A stretch of 64,000 nucleotides of DNA from positions 62,001 through 126,000 of the forward strand of contig NMRA01000394.1 in assembly GCA_002633005.1 (NCBI GenBank), given 5' to 3'. The translations under genes and the position numbers were made by a program. This document shows positions 1-12,530 of the stretch, piece by piece. How positions within the stretch are numbered: position 1 is the stretch's first letter; each line of letters starts with the position of its first letter. This DNA is from Phoronis australis. Lineage: Eukaryota; Animalia; Phoronida. The notes below the pieces were generated by a model. That model saw nothing but the letters and a program-made list of their open reading frames with translations. It had not been told where the DNA came from and did not search any database.

Positions 1-349
1 AAATGGAGGTTTTCCCAACGCTTTCTCTGAACTGGGTGGAGCTATTACTGAGCGTTTTCCTCCCCAAACATTGTTTTCTTGTTTACGTATATATATGAGG
101 AAATTCTAATCTGTTAATTTAGAAGTGTTCTATTACGTTTTAAAATCATTCCGTTGAAAACCCTAGCAATGAAATAGTAGCTTTGACATTTTAAATGATT
201 TTGTTGGCATTAAGTTGGGATTGTACTTGAAGAAAGTTTAAGACGCGAAGAGGGCACTTAACGGTTTCTCCCTCTTCTCTTTCGTCATATGGTCAAATAA
301 ATTGACCCTTGTGATGACGTTATGTGCGTTGCACTGCCGTTACGCGCCA

Positions 350-510
350 CAGGGGCCTAGTGTATCCGACTTCGCCGTTGTTTTTTATCGAGTTTCCCTA
401 CCGTAGAGAATCTGCTGTCCGGTGCTTAGGAGCATCCTCTGCCCCTGGTTTTAAATCACAGTTTTCCTTCTCCTAGACGAACTGCCTGCCAAGGCTAACG
501 GGTTCTGTTT
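350..510 (-). mobile_element. RTE-LINE 5' region / Ceph-domain-like SINE fragment
   Basis: Minus strand reads ...gccttggcaggcagttcgtctaggagaaggaaaactgtgatttaaaacc..., resembling the recurrent GTCTAGGAGAAGGAAAACT motif of RTE 5' regions and RTE-derived SINE domains (recalled, not searched). Boundaries approximate. Confidence 0.4.
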
Positions 511-1377
511 ACACGTGTTTGGAGTTTACTTAACGGTTTAACTGGTAGTAATCTCGAAATACAACTGTTTATAACTAGCGTTTGTCAGAAATCGCCAGAA
601 AGCACTAAAACAACTATAACGTTCTGCATACATGCTATCAAAATTAATGCATACAAATACCTACAAAAATATATTCTATAATGACAAAATACAAGGAGTG
701 GAAAAAAGATGTTCAGAAATGCACCTTAACGTGTTTCTCAATCGTGATTATCTGGATCAAAACCAATTACGCAAATATAAGTTGTATCGTTGTACCTCAG
801 ACTATTAACTGTAAAGGTATACTAGGAACTACTTTTCAGAACAACTGAACTTCTATCAAAGTTCCTGTAGTGTTCTCTGTAAAATACCAACAAACGGTAG
901 TTCAGTGGTAAAAACAATTTAATTCATAAATACAGAATTCTTATACTGTATATAAGACGACGCGTTACCTGGTATGAAAGGTAAAATGACCAACAGAACT
1001 TGTGTCGTCATGTCAGCTTGTCTTGTCCACCTCAGTCTCGAACCTGGATGAAACAATTCATTATCTTTAGTATTCATTTCAATCAATTTCTAAAGTGAAA
1101 CAACAAAAAGCAACCATAGAGGCAAGGAGACTAAATTTACCAACGATGTTAATGTTTCGAGTGTCAATTGAATTGATTTGGAGAGCTTAGTTTATGTTCA
1201 CGTTTGGGGAAACAACAAATCGACTTTGATGCCAGTCAATTATTGTTTAAATGATATGTTATCTACGTCAATGTTGTATAGTTAAGTTAATTAAAAAACG
1301 GACTCCAGGGAATCCACTAATTACTATGATGATCTGAAACAAAATCTTCAATCTTTAACGGATTGTTCTAAATTCAC

Positions 1378-1930
1378 TCGACTCCACGACCACCAAGACC
1401 CACGACCCACAAGGCGTTGGACCCACGACCTGGTGGTTAAAAACAGAAAGTTGCGTAAGAACATGATCTGAAAAAGCGAACTGTGAGCATGCTGTCGTTG
1501 TCACGGAAATAGTTCCACGAGTGGCAACTTCCTGTTCTACTAAACTTAGGGAGATAGTACGTTAACATGAATGGACATAATTTCACATTTCATTATTTGT
1601 TTTCTGTTTGATTCCCATTTACACTATACTCCATGTGACCTTTTCATACTTTTTAGTTAACTGTTTGCTTTTTACTGTATTTACTGAGGAAATTACGTAT
1701 TCGTCGGTACGTCACCCTCACTAAAAAAGCTTGAGCCTGCCATTCAATGAAGAGTAAACGAGACGATTACACTTGGCCCGGAACGACATTTAACGTTGGT
1801 GGGTCTCTGATATAATTTGGTCGCGTTGATTTTCTGTTTTTGGCTTTCAGACTTGCCGAATTGTCGTGGGGGTTGTGGGTCGTGGGAGTTGTGGGTCGTG
1901 GGGGTTGTGGGTCGTGGGGGTTGTGGGTAT
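1378..1930. mobile_element. MITE-like element with inverted subterminal CCACGACCC repeats
   Basis: Left end has several ccacgacc(c) units (1384-1430). Right end has about 4 tandem 17-bp units gttgtgggtcgtggggg (1861-1928), the reverse complement of the same motif. Confidence 0.5.
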
Positions 1931-1967
1931 CGAAGAGGCTTTAGAACAATCCGTTCAATCCCAGACA

Positions 1968-3870
1968 CTGGGTGAGCTATTGAACATGCCAGAATTCATG
2001 AAGTAATGTCTGATACCTGTGCCCTATTCTTGGAACACCAGGTATTTTTTCCATTATCTTCTGAACGACATCGTGCCAGAAGACTTTCATTGTAATGAGG
2101 ATGTTCTATTCATCCAAGATGGTTTTACTTTTCTCCACACGTTAGCTAATCTCCCTCCACCATGTGGTAATGTCTGTTTACAAGTACTTGATCAAACGGT
2201 GTCGAAGAAGTACTTCTTGTTCTCAACTGACAGTTACTACCCTGAATCTATCAAAGCCCAGGAGCAGTTGTGACGTATGACTTCGAAACTTTTCTTGCAA
2301 ACGATGACAACAAAAAGCAAATCTGCCAACTGTTACTGCAGGTCTGGAGTGGTGAGAAGGCAGTTTCCAGGTAGAAGAAAACCGAGATGGCCATCCTGAT
2401 TGTAGACGGGCACCCGATGGCGATGAAGTCTATAATCATTTTCTGAACAGAACTTTATGATTATTTCTTACTTTAATAATTTGGGGTGTCATAATGTAAT
2501 AATAAAAGCGATTTGATGTTTCCGGTTCATACTCAGGAGATCTCACATATCTACAGTAACCAATAAGAGCCTGACTTAAGAATTGTTTTGTACCTCCAGT
2601 ACGCTGTCTCACTTGGGTACAGAAACGCCGTCGTCAGGATCCCTGACACTGATGTCTGCCATTTTGCTGCTGGCATGCTATAAAGTTGACTTTATATCTA
2701 GATACAGGTTCTGAGGCGACTACTGAATCTCTCCGACCTAGCAAAATCCTTGGGAAAATACTACTGTGAGGCTCTACTTGGATTTTATGTATACATTGGA
2801 GAAGATTGCATCAGTGCATTTAAATGTAAAGAAAATGTTGGCCCCCTTAAAAAGCTAGAAAAGAATAACAAATTTCAACGTGCATTCAGGCAACGTGACG
2901 TTGATTGGGAGGTAAGTTGGAAGAATTCTACTGCCTAATGTACGGTCAGAGTCGTGAGTCATCGACAGATGCTACTCGTGCCAAGATGTTACGTCAAAGG
3001 GTTGCTGAAGATGAGTTCCTCACAACTCGCATACTTGCGAACCCATAAATGAGAATCCAAAACCATGTGACGAAGGACAAGTGTGGATGCGGACTGATGG
3101 AAGAGTATTACAACCTGTGTGGTCGTGTTGTCCTATCTTACCAAACTTACCTATTGATTTCTTGCTCACCAATGTTTGTGAAGTGGACACAGAAGAGGAA
3201 AGTGAGGGGTTGTAAGGAAGTTTCACGGAAGCAATGCAATTGACATGGAGTGTTAGAACATGTAATCACTGACATCAACACCTAATGATTGTCCATATTT
3301 CTACAGCTATTTCCCCGCGTTTTTTTCCTTGACATATTTAAAGTATTTGATGAAATTTGACTCGTTAAAGAGCTGAAAGTCTACATAAGCCAATATAAAC
3401 ACTGAAAGTGTTTATATTGGCTTATGTAGACTTTCAGTGTAGTATTGATTGTTAGTAACCGTAAAATACAAATTAGATGTAATAGATTAGGAAGAAAATT
3501 ATTACATCGTAATGCTTGACCCTCAAAATAATCGGTTTTGACACTTGATTTGTTCATTTACAAGAACAAGAAAGTGAGATATCATCAAATAACGAAAATT
3601 CGGTAATGGCGGCACTAATTTGCATAAAAACGCACGTGGGACACTTTTTCGGCTTGTTAACATCTTTTTTAGGTTTTCACACAAACTTTTGTTTGCAAAA
3701 TGCAACTTTAAAGTTGAAGTCCGGGGGGTGCACGGGGGGCCATTTTTCGACTCAACTATTTCAATACGTTCGCGTTCTTCAATATCAATTAAGGTAGAAT
3801 AAACAAGCTAATTCACATGTGTTCTCCATGCAAGTGGACGGGATAGTACGAGTTTTTTCAACTTATATTT
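1968..3870 (+). mobile_element. Decayed Academ(X)-like DNA transposon, 3' part (XPG/PIN-like nuclease region)
   Basis: Frameshifted or stop-broken motifs in order: IQDG..FLH, TDSYYPESIKAQE, FLANDDNKKQICQLLLQVWS, YSNQ*EPDLRIVLYLQYA..VVRIPDTDV, LGKYYCEALLGFYVYIGEDCISAFK, PKPCDEGQVW..LQPVWSCCPILP. The HEEADTR/DTDV/GxD pattern is typical of XPG-like domains in animal Academ-type elements. Right boundary approximate. Confidence 0.6.
3373..3437. repeat. Perfect 31-bp inverted repeat with 3-nt loop
   Basis: ctgaaagtctacataagccaatataaacact-gaa-agtgtttatattggcttatgtagactttcag; the arms are exact reverse complements. Confidence 0.95.
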
Positions 3871-5049
3871 TGAACGAACATCGACAAGGGTCAAAGGTTA
3901 CTATTAAGCCATTGCCAAATGGGCAATTTTAGAGCGGATTAACAATGCCGATGATTTGAGTATTTATCTAGCCTGGGGCAAGTATTCATAATTTTAGTTA
4001 GCGCTCGATACAAATGAAAGATGAAAGCGCTCGGAGGAGCAGCACTTGGAGAAAATAACTGTAAAGACCTCAATGTAGACGATGATATTGACGACGATGA
4101 TGATGGTGGTGGTGGCGATGATGAACATGATGATAGGATTCATATGACGACCGACGTCGTCAGACATTAGAAAGAAATACATAAAGGCTAAAGCCTTAAT
4201 TGTTTAACAGAAGATAAAATCCGTCAACAAATGAACAGCGCTATGAAAAATTCTCGAATAATTCAAAAAGTAGACTTCCTAGCGGAAAATAGAAAACGTG
4301 TTCTGAAAGCCCGTTCCAAACTCTATCTGCCGGATTAGTTTTGTATTTTGAAAAAATTCAAATTTTGCATTTTTTAAATGCAAAGTCAAAAATGTCAAAA
4401 ACGGTAAGTCTGAGAAAAAATGTTACGTGTCACTTGAAAGAATATACCTCAAAGAATCCACATTCAAATGCACGAAAACCAATAGGCTTCCACCTCTTCT
4501 GGAAGTAAAGGTTAAAATATATAAAATTTATGCAGACCAGACGGAAATTGGTTCTACAATACGCCCTCTAGAGGACAAAGCGTTTTTCATCCTGACATCG
4601 ATGTGCCCGAACGCAATGACCGATATTTTTGCCATCTTTTACCGGAAGTAAATGATTTACCTCAAATGTGTAGCACCTGGCTGCTCCAATAATGGTACTG
4701 ATTTTCAGCCGTATATTTGAAACATTGCGGCCTCTATGAGCATTTGAAGTTGATTTCGAAAACAAAATGGCCCCCACGTCCGTCATCTTGAATCCGATCA
4801 TGATATAAAAACGACAGAATTCCAGCAGTTCCGGAACCGGAGGTTGTGGGTGAATTGCGTGCGAATTAGACATCTTGTTGATGAAATTTTGTATTTTTTC
4901 TTGAAATTGAGATGCAAACATCTCAAAAAAATGTTACGCATTGCACCACTGGTTCAGCTTGTACGGGTGAAAATTACCAGTGGCAGTATAATGTATAATT
5001 GACCCAAAACCACCCAAGCGTCAGCTCGCGCGATGTACCCGTTTGCAGA

Positions 5050-5443
5050 CAATAGGGCGCTCCTGGATTACACAGCGACACTCGAATTACACGAAAATGT
5101 CGTAAGCAACCGTCACGCACATTTGCTGCCTCGTTTCTGTGACACTAGAATTTTACATGTCATTTGTTGTTGTCAAAATTCTTTAAAAGTTTTTCTCGGT
5201 TGCATTAACCATATCGTCTTCTAATGGTAAAGAAGTATTCGTGCTGTGTTGTGGGCTGCAACTCCGACGTGAAAAAAGTTCGATAAACTGGACAAATACC
5301 CGAGGATGCGTGATCTGAAATACTTCCCCTTCACGTCACCAATGAGAGACACACAGAAATGTGCCCGATTTCCAAAATGAGGTCACGGGCTTTCCTCAAG
5401 GGAGAGTTATATCGCCGTGTAATCCTGGGACGGCACTCCATTG
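5050..5443 (+). mobile_element. Internally deleted DNA transposon (MITE) retaining a THAP-like N-terminus
   Basis: Imperfect TIRs: caatagggcgctcctggattacacagcgaca vs revcomp of right end caatggagtgccgtcccaggattacacggcgata. From about 5223 the interior reads MVKKYSCCVVGCNSD..(frameshift)..KYFPFTSP..QKCAR, like a THAP zinc-finger start. Confidence 0.55.
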
Positions 5444-7338
5444 CGGTCATTCATTTGCCAGAAAACCTTGTGGGCTACAACTTGCAGACTGAAAAGGAAA
5501 CTTTGAGAACCTTTCCAACTTTAAAACATTGACAGATAAATATCTTATTTGGACAAACTGTGAATTACGATTTAAAATGTTTTGTTTGGAACAAACAAAA
5601 CTTAATTATTTTGTTTGATGTCCAACCTTCTCCCAAATTTTAGAAATTTACAATATTGGCCGTCCGAAACACAAAGGTCCTGGCAGTTTTTTCCAACGTG
5701 AAAGCGATAGGGACTGGTTTTGATGAACTTCAAGCATATTTTCAGACTCTTTTATTAAAACGTGCACAATGTTTGGAATTTGGGAAATATAAATAGGTAA
5801 ATAAAACAACAAGAATGGATCAACTGAAAATTTCAGATGTAATAACGTCCTTTGTCAACAGAAACAGAAATAAAGTAAAATCAAACACTATATGGCAATT
5901 GACATTTAAGATATGGTGTAGTGAATATGATACATTTTGGCGTAAAAAAATCAGTGATATATTTTAAGAATTTTTATATTCAATCCATGGGGTGCTATTG
6001 TACTGAGCTTGTCTATCCAATATTGTTCTCTTTTGAGTGTGTGAGGGGGATTCTACATTTCGTGAAACAATAGTATCCTTAGGAGGATCTGGATCGCCTT
6101 ATTTAGTTTTAGATTTATTTTCTACGGAAATATAAAAAGATTTAGAGACTATGATCTACAATGCACCTGAATACGCCTGATGAATTGACGCCTGTCGAAC
6201 ACTTCTGTTCATATAAGAACACTGCACGTTTACGCTAATGTTGGCTTGCATAATAAAAGAAAAATCAAGAAATCGATAGACTGCCAACAATGTCCCGTTA
6301 TTTCGTATTTTGATTTTGAAATTTGTAACTACACATGTACCTCATGCGAAGCATTTATTTTCTACAGATGACAAAAAGTACAGTCAAGTGGGGACACAGA
6401 ACAGGGAAACAGAGGGCTAGAAACAAGGATGATTTCCGTCAAAGAAGGGCATTATAAGCTTGTGAATAAAACATAGAACTCTATTCCTGAAATGTCAACT
6501 CTCGCACATGACCTATGTAATGCAAAGACGTACTGGTATTGAGATTAATCACATCGGCCACCGCCATTATTGTGTCATGGAACGTGGCGACACCTCGCAG
6601 GCGTGTGCTCCGAAGAAATACGGACGTACGCAAAACGTTGACTATCGTAGCCGATTATATTTTGTCAAAGTTAAAAATGCGAAGTGTCTTGTTTGAAATA
6701 TTAGAACATAAAATCTGTTTTTCCCTTATACAGTATGCTTCCCTGGGTGTTCATTACGATCATGACAGCCAGGATGTTTACTGTATGCGAGCGCAATGAA
6801 TAATTTAAATAAGTAATAGTGAATAAATGAGTAAGTAATAAGAAATAGTAAATAGATATAAATGAATACATTCTAATATAACAATAATAATTTTAATAAC
6901 TAAATGGTGATAGTAAACATAATTATTTTTTGGATCTGAACGTATTAAGATTTGTTAATTGCAGAAAGAAATGAAAAAAGTATTTTAGATCCAACCGCAG
7001 ACACATTAATAGAATAAACTAAACACTAAAGTGCCCGAAACCATGCAAACCACGTGTGATAATTTTCTATATAAGCGATTGGATGAAGGTAAAGACAAGT
7101 TTAAATCACCCTGCACACATCACTGGTTGACTGGCGACAGTTTCACACACGGAAAAACTGCCTTTGTTTCAATCGTATATCTCATGTATTTTTATCAGTG
7201 GGGAAGCGAAAAAAGCGTAAGTCACGATTTTTCAACTGTCTGTTGCTACAGCCGTAAGGAGCACAAAACGCAATGTCGCTTTTTACCAAATGAACCTTAC
7301 TTGTTCAGTTAATTTTTGAAACTCGGAGTACCATAAAA

Positions 7339-7692
7339 CATACGCACGAGCATTGCAACTTACGCTCGAACCACCTACAAATCTCTGAACCAAGCGTACA
7401 ATGTTCGGACAAATGAATCATGCATACGAACCCAAAAATCAGGCATACGAATGAAAACCATCCGCACAACCACAAAAATCACACATACGAACACAAAGCA
7501 CACGCATGAACCACTAAACGATAAGTGTTCGTGCGCGTGATTCGATGCTCGCTTGCATGATTTTGTGTTCGTCTGCATGACCTTTGTGAATTGTGCGCAC
7601 TACTTTGTTCGTATGCGTGAGTTTTGGGTTTGTATACGCGATTAATAGGTTCGTAGGTGGTTCGTGCGTAAGATACGATGCTCGTGCGTATG
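7339..7692. mobile_element. Foldback/palindromic MITE (~350 bp)
   Basis: Left arm catacgcacgagcattgcaacttacgctcgaaccacctac matches the revcomp of the right arm gtaggtggttcgtgcgtaagatacgatgctcgtgcgtatg. Internal catacgaac / gttcgtatg subrepeats are mirrored around about 7520. Confidence 0.75.
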
Positions 7693-8377
7693 GTTATCTG
7701 GTACACTTGAAACTGGTACGTTAGCAGGCGCGTAGGATACGACCGCAATTATTGTTTCATATACACATTCGGCCAAGCTCGTGAATAGAGATCAGCTCAT
7801 TGAAATCTGTGACGGCGCCATCAAACCTTTAATGTATCGAAGAATTCGCTAGATACTCTGGTGTGAACAGTGCACCTTTTCTCGTCCACTTTCTTCCAAA
7901 TCCCGTGAGTGTAAGAGTTGTCTAATGCATGATCAAATCTACAGTAATACCTATTGGGCCAATCACGGGCAATCGCAGATGCAGGCACAAAACATGCATG
8001 TAGCTCAGTTAAGTACAGGCATAGTAACGACACGAAGCATGAAAAAGCACGCAGAGGTCACAAAAAGCGAAAGATCCAGGTCAGAGGTCATGTCACTGGG
8101 CATAATTCACGGCATTAACAGAACACAATGATGTCTATCACAACATGAAAGACATTGTGACAAGATATTCACTCCCGCACATCACTAAGGTTTAGGATCT
8201 ACAACACCCAGGGCACCAAGATGTCAGGACCATTGGCATAATAAGCATTGTTACAACACAGGAAGCATAAGCGACACAATAACAATTCACTCCTTGGTGT
8301 TCCACTAGACAGAGAGATTCATCTGCAGTCAAGTGACTATATGACAGTACACACAACACAACAACGCACGGCATACA

Positions 8378-9773
8378 GCCACTGAATTTTTAGACTTCGT
8401 CCGGGCTACCTTACCCCTGGCCAGACCGGAGCGCAACCGGAACGCAGGCGTGACAGAAATCAGTCACGGTCGCCTCACGCCTACTCTCCGGGTAGTCTTC
8501 ACGCTTACCTCCGGTTTAGTTCACGCTTTCCTCAAGATTTCTTCACGCCTTCGGTACCTGTGGTAACCGCGGTAGGGTACCGGGCTAAGAAATAAAAATA
8601 CATGTAACGTCTTGATTGCCTGTCGTTTCGAACAAGTTGCAGACATTATAGTATATTATAGACTATCTTTGCAAGCAGTCATCTATCACACTTGGGTTCC
8701 GACTAACTTTAAAATTCCACGTGTTGTTCATACAAACAGCTTCCTTCAGCTCATCTTGTGTTACGGTTACATGTACTTTTTTACGACTTAAGAGCCAGTC
8801 CCATTAACGACATACATGTACAGTAACCACGGTTAGTAAATACGAATATACGCGACCCTGTGTCCAGAGTGGTCTTTACATGGCTGTGGACTCCTTGAAA
8901 CTTGTCACAGCTGGATATACATGTAGTTAATTTGCCCTAAAAATAGTCTACGTATCTTGTGAAGTATTGTGTCACTCCGTAAATTTTTGCACCGCACTGG
9001 CGTACAGAAAATTTCAATAGGCCGCCATTCTGACATACCCATCCCTTATTGAAAGCAAATGTTTTGACTAAAAAGTCCTCAATCCGTAGCGCAGTTTAAT
9101 TATTTGTAGCCCCATCCCCGTAGTACATGCGTTTCGACTGAGTTCACAGTATCCCCGGGGTACTTCTTCACTAAAATATTAATAGCAGTGATCTGTTTGA
9201 CTCGTTAAATGCATGGGCACGATCAGTTTTCTCCGCATAAAGCCGGAACTTGGGATCAATGTGCTCAGAACTGACATGCTATGGTCCTTCATATCGTGAA
9301 GGCAATTGAATATTTCCGCCATGAACACTCGTGTTGAGATTCTTTATTAGTTTATATAAAAAACAAGTAATTACATATAAGTGAAAAGTAGAGTCCACAG
9401 GTCTGTTTCCTGAAGTGACTTAAGATTTGAGAAGGACATTTTGGTCTTTTGCTGAACGTGAAGATTTCAAAAAAAATAAACCTCACAAGAGCAAAAGTCT
9501 ATAAGAATACACGCATCACTGCTAGTTACTGATATAATTTTAATTAATTACTTTTTCATCTGCGATGCAGGTAAACTCACGCCTGGCTCACGGCTGGCTC
9601 ACGCTTCGTTTACACCTAACTCATGGTAAGCTATCTCCGGGTACAGTCACGCTTAGGCTCACGCCATGCAGCTGTCACGGTTGATTCACGTCTCACTCTC
9701 CGGTCTGTCTCCGGTTACGGTCACGGGTGGCTAGACCGGATAGACACCGGAGAGAGTCTAATAATTCAGTGGC
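8378..9773. mobile_element. Non-autonomous DNA transposon (~1.4 kb) with TIRs and subterminal repeats
   Basis: TIR gccactgaatttttagacttcgtccgg vs revcomp of right end gccactgaattattagactctctccgg. GC-rich tcacgc(c/t) subterminal repeats occur at both ends. Confidence 0.75.
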
Positions 9774-9997
9774 AATATCATGATAACCAGAAGATTATGA
9801 GGTTAAAACGCGAAAGAAATAATATTTTGTCTAGTTTGTTTAGTATATTTTCTTTAGTTTTATTAGTCACCAGTGTCCATCATATGTATTGCAGTCGAGC
9901 ACACGCCTGCTAGGTGTCACTACACGTTCCATGAAACAACAAAGTTAGCCACTGGTCGTCCAATAGGATTTCGCCGAGAGATTTGCCTCCCTCTCTA

Positions 9998-10154
9998 CCG
10001 GCCTCCCGTTCAGTAACGCTAGGACCTAGCTTAAAAGCAAGACTTTGCGAGATACGCGAGATATTGCAATGTATTCTAAATAAGAGCACGTGACCTTGAC
10101 TAGCTTTTGGCTAGGTCCTAGCGTAGGTCCTAGCGTCTACTGAACGCACGCCGG
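9998..10154. mobile_element. Small MITE (~157 bp)
   Basis: ccggcctcccgttcagtaacgctaggacctagc ... gctaggtcctagcgt(aggtcctagcgt)ctactgaacgcacgccgg: inverted termini, with a 12-bp internal duplication in the right arm. Confidence 0.7.
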
Positions 10155-12299
10155 GTTGTGCACTCTATTATTAGAGCTTGCGATCCCAAGATTAGCCGTG
10201 AAAATTTCCGGCTGTCTGCTCGATTGAGTTTTGATCGAATGTTGTAATAAATGAAGCCTGATTTTAGTGCTTTCTTTTCATTTTGCCATTTTTGTTCATC
10301 AAGAGAGAATATTGACGTACTGTTCTAGACAACCATCGATTTTTTGGCAAAGTTAGTCAACAAACCAGACAACTACACCGTTCCTTTTTGTACGCACCGG
10401 TCTGTAGCCCTTGCTGGATACAGCGAGCAGCCTAGCCTCACATATTTCTTAAGCTCCATTCTTAGAAGCACTACCGAAAGTCTATCAACCTACAAGTCAG
10501 AAGTTTTTCAACAAGACATTTTGATTACTAAAATTAGGTTAAACAGGATTTCATGGAAAGAAGAGACATTTTGTTTCTGATGTTTATTCTGCAATAATAA
10601 ATGGGAAGTTTAGAACCCACTAACACGTGTGTTTTCGTAACTTTTGAAAACTTACTCGTAATCGCATAGCTGTGAATGTGCGTGTACGTGTGTGTGTCAT
10701 TGCTGTATTTAATTTCAATAATAATTTATTGGTGTAATAATTACCAGTTGCCCAGATGGAATTTTATTTGGTTTTTGAGCAATACTGTTATCTGTAGTAT
10801 TTACTTATACTCAATAAATTAAATTTTAAAAATGAAAGTTTATTTAGCAAAACAATCCAATCCAATACTTTATGATGCTGCCAGCGTACAACGTACTTGA
10901 GAATTGCCCCGCTGTGAGCGGACCGTCCTAATTATTTAATTATGTGCCCGCCTTATCGCAACGCCACTAAAATGCATCAGTTTTTTTGACACACGGCAAA
11001 ACTGACATATTGTCGTATACTATTGTAATTTCCCTAGCAACACAGCCATATTTTCCCGTTCGACTAAAAAATATATTGGACGTTCCATAGGATTTTGCGG
11101 CACTTGAACTCTCCTATTCAACTAAAAAACAACACGCTGTCGATCACACTTGAGTCTTACGTTTACCGCTCGACAAAAAAGCTGTCGTCACGTTTCTGTG
11201 TGTTTAGGAGAGCATTTCTCCTTGCGTTTTGGTTCATATTCTTACTATCCGGAATTACCGATTTTCAATCCAATTGTGCCGTTTTCTTCATTCTCGAATG
11301 TTGTCCGTTGCAAGTATGCAACACAATGTTGCCTCTGTGTTACAAATATTGATTTTTCTACATTCCACTTTCTTTAATAATACAAAAATCGTTAAGATGT
11401 GGTCCAAGGTCTCTTGCTTACGGTGATATCCATTACACGTATCATGATCACAATTTTTATTTTCTGAAGAAATTAATGGATTTCAAAAGTTCTACGGAAA
11501 GTCCAATTTCTTTAATGAGCTATTTAATGAACAATTCAAAGCTACACAAGTGATGTTGGTCTATTTTCTATCTATCAGAAACCTTACCTGCAAATTTTAG
11601 TTTTAGTAATGAGTTTATCACATTTTTTGCAATTGTCACTGCATCCTGAGCGTTTATTGAAGAATGTAGTTGTCCAATGAACAAATAAAGATGCCTTTGG
11701 ATGAATCCCTGGCTAAATTCTCCACGATAACTCTAAGTGATCCTTATTCGAAATTCTTCATCTTCATAGGGTAGAAATCTTTTGAAGTATTGAACTTTTC
11801 TCTGCTGTCTGATTGGTCGTTTACATAACCGCTCTGATTCATTTCCTTTTGATGTGATTACTACACCTTGTTATGTTTCACATTTTGGTAACGCGCTTGG
11901 TTTTTAGAATTTAATTATAGTGTTTTTATACCCGTCACGTAGGCATAATAATAATAGTTGCTTCCGAATCGAATTATTTATCTTTTGCTTCCAGTGTATT
12001 CGTACACCATCAAGAACCAATGCAAACTTATTCCACACATGCCAAGCGCAATCTCAGCAGTGCAAGATCAAAGTTGACACTCCGTGAGTAGAGTTCTATG
12101 GATAAAATGGAAGAAGGAGGACGGAGAAAGAAAAGTAAAAGTAGCAGCTACCTCCGGCGTGCATATAGCGGTGGCTTTTTCTAGTATGGAATCAAGTCAT
12201 TTGGAATATAGATACGTTCTCTCTCTAGTCTTATTGTCAGGATAGTGACGGTGATGATTCATGTGAAGAAGACAATTTTTGCTGAGAACGAAAGGATTG

Positions 12300-12530
12300 T
12301 CCTTTTCAAAATAGATGTTTGAGGAAGTTTCCACAAACGGGGAATTGGTGAAGAGGAAATGGCTATTATACTCTGCGTATAAGGAAATATTTAAATGCGT
12401 TGTTTGTCTTTTGCTTTCAAAGGGACAATTGTCTTGCATGTCAATTTTAGCAAGAAAGAAGGCTTCTCCATTTCGAGTAAGTTGATTCCACGACTACCTG
12501 ACCATGAAAAAGCGCGTCTCACGTCTCGGA
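12300..12530 (+). mobile_element. hAT (ZMYM1/Tip100-like) transposase relic, TTF-type zinc finger
   Basis: Translates TNGELVKRKWLLYSAYKEIFKCVVCLLLS, then in another frame FSKKEGFSISSKLIPRLPDHEK, matching the NGE..R.WL.YS..C..C..GF..HE pattern of TTF zinc fingers. Confidence 0.6.

Noticed and set aside
3994-4182. Hydrophobic 62-aa ORF as membrane peptide
   Set aside because: Derived from a (GAT/GGT)n low-complexity tract.
6170-6215. Possible hammerhead core (ctgatga..gac gcct gtc gaac)
   Set aside because: GAAA is not intact and stems I and III cannot be formed.
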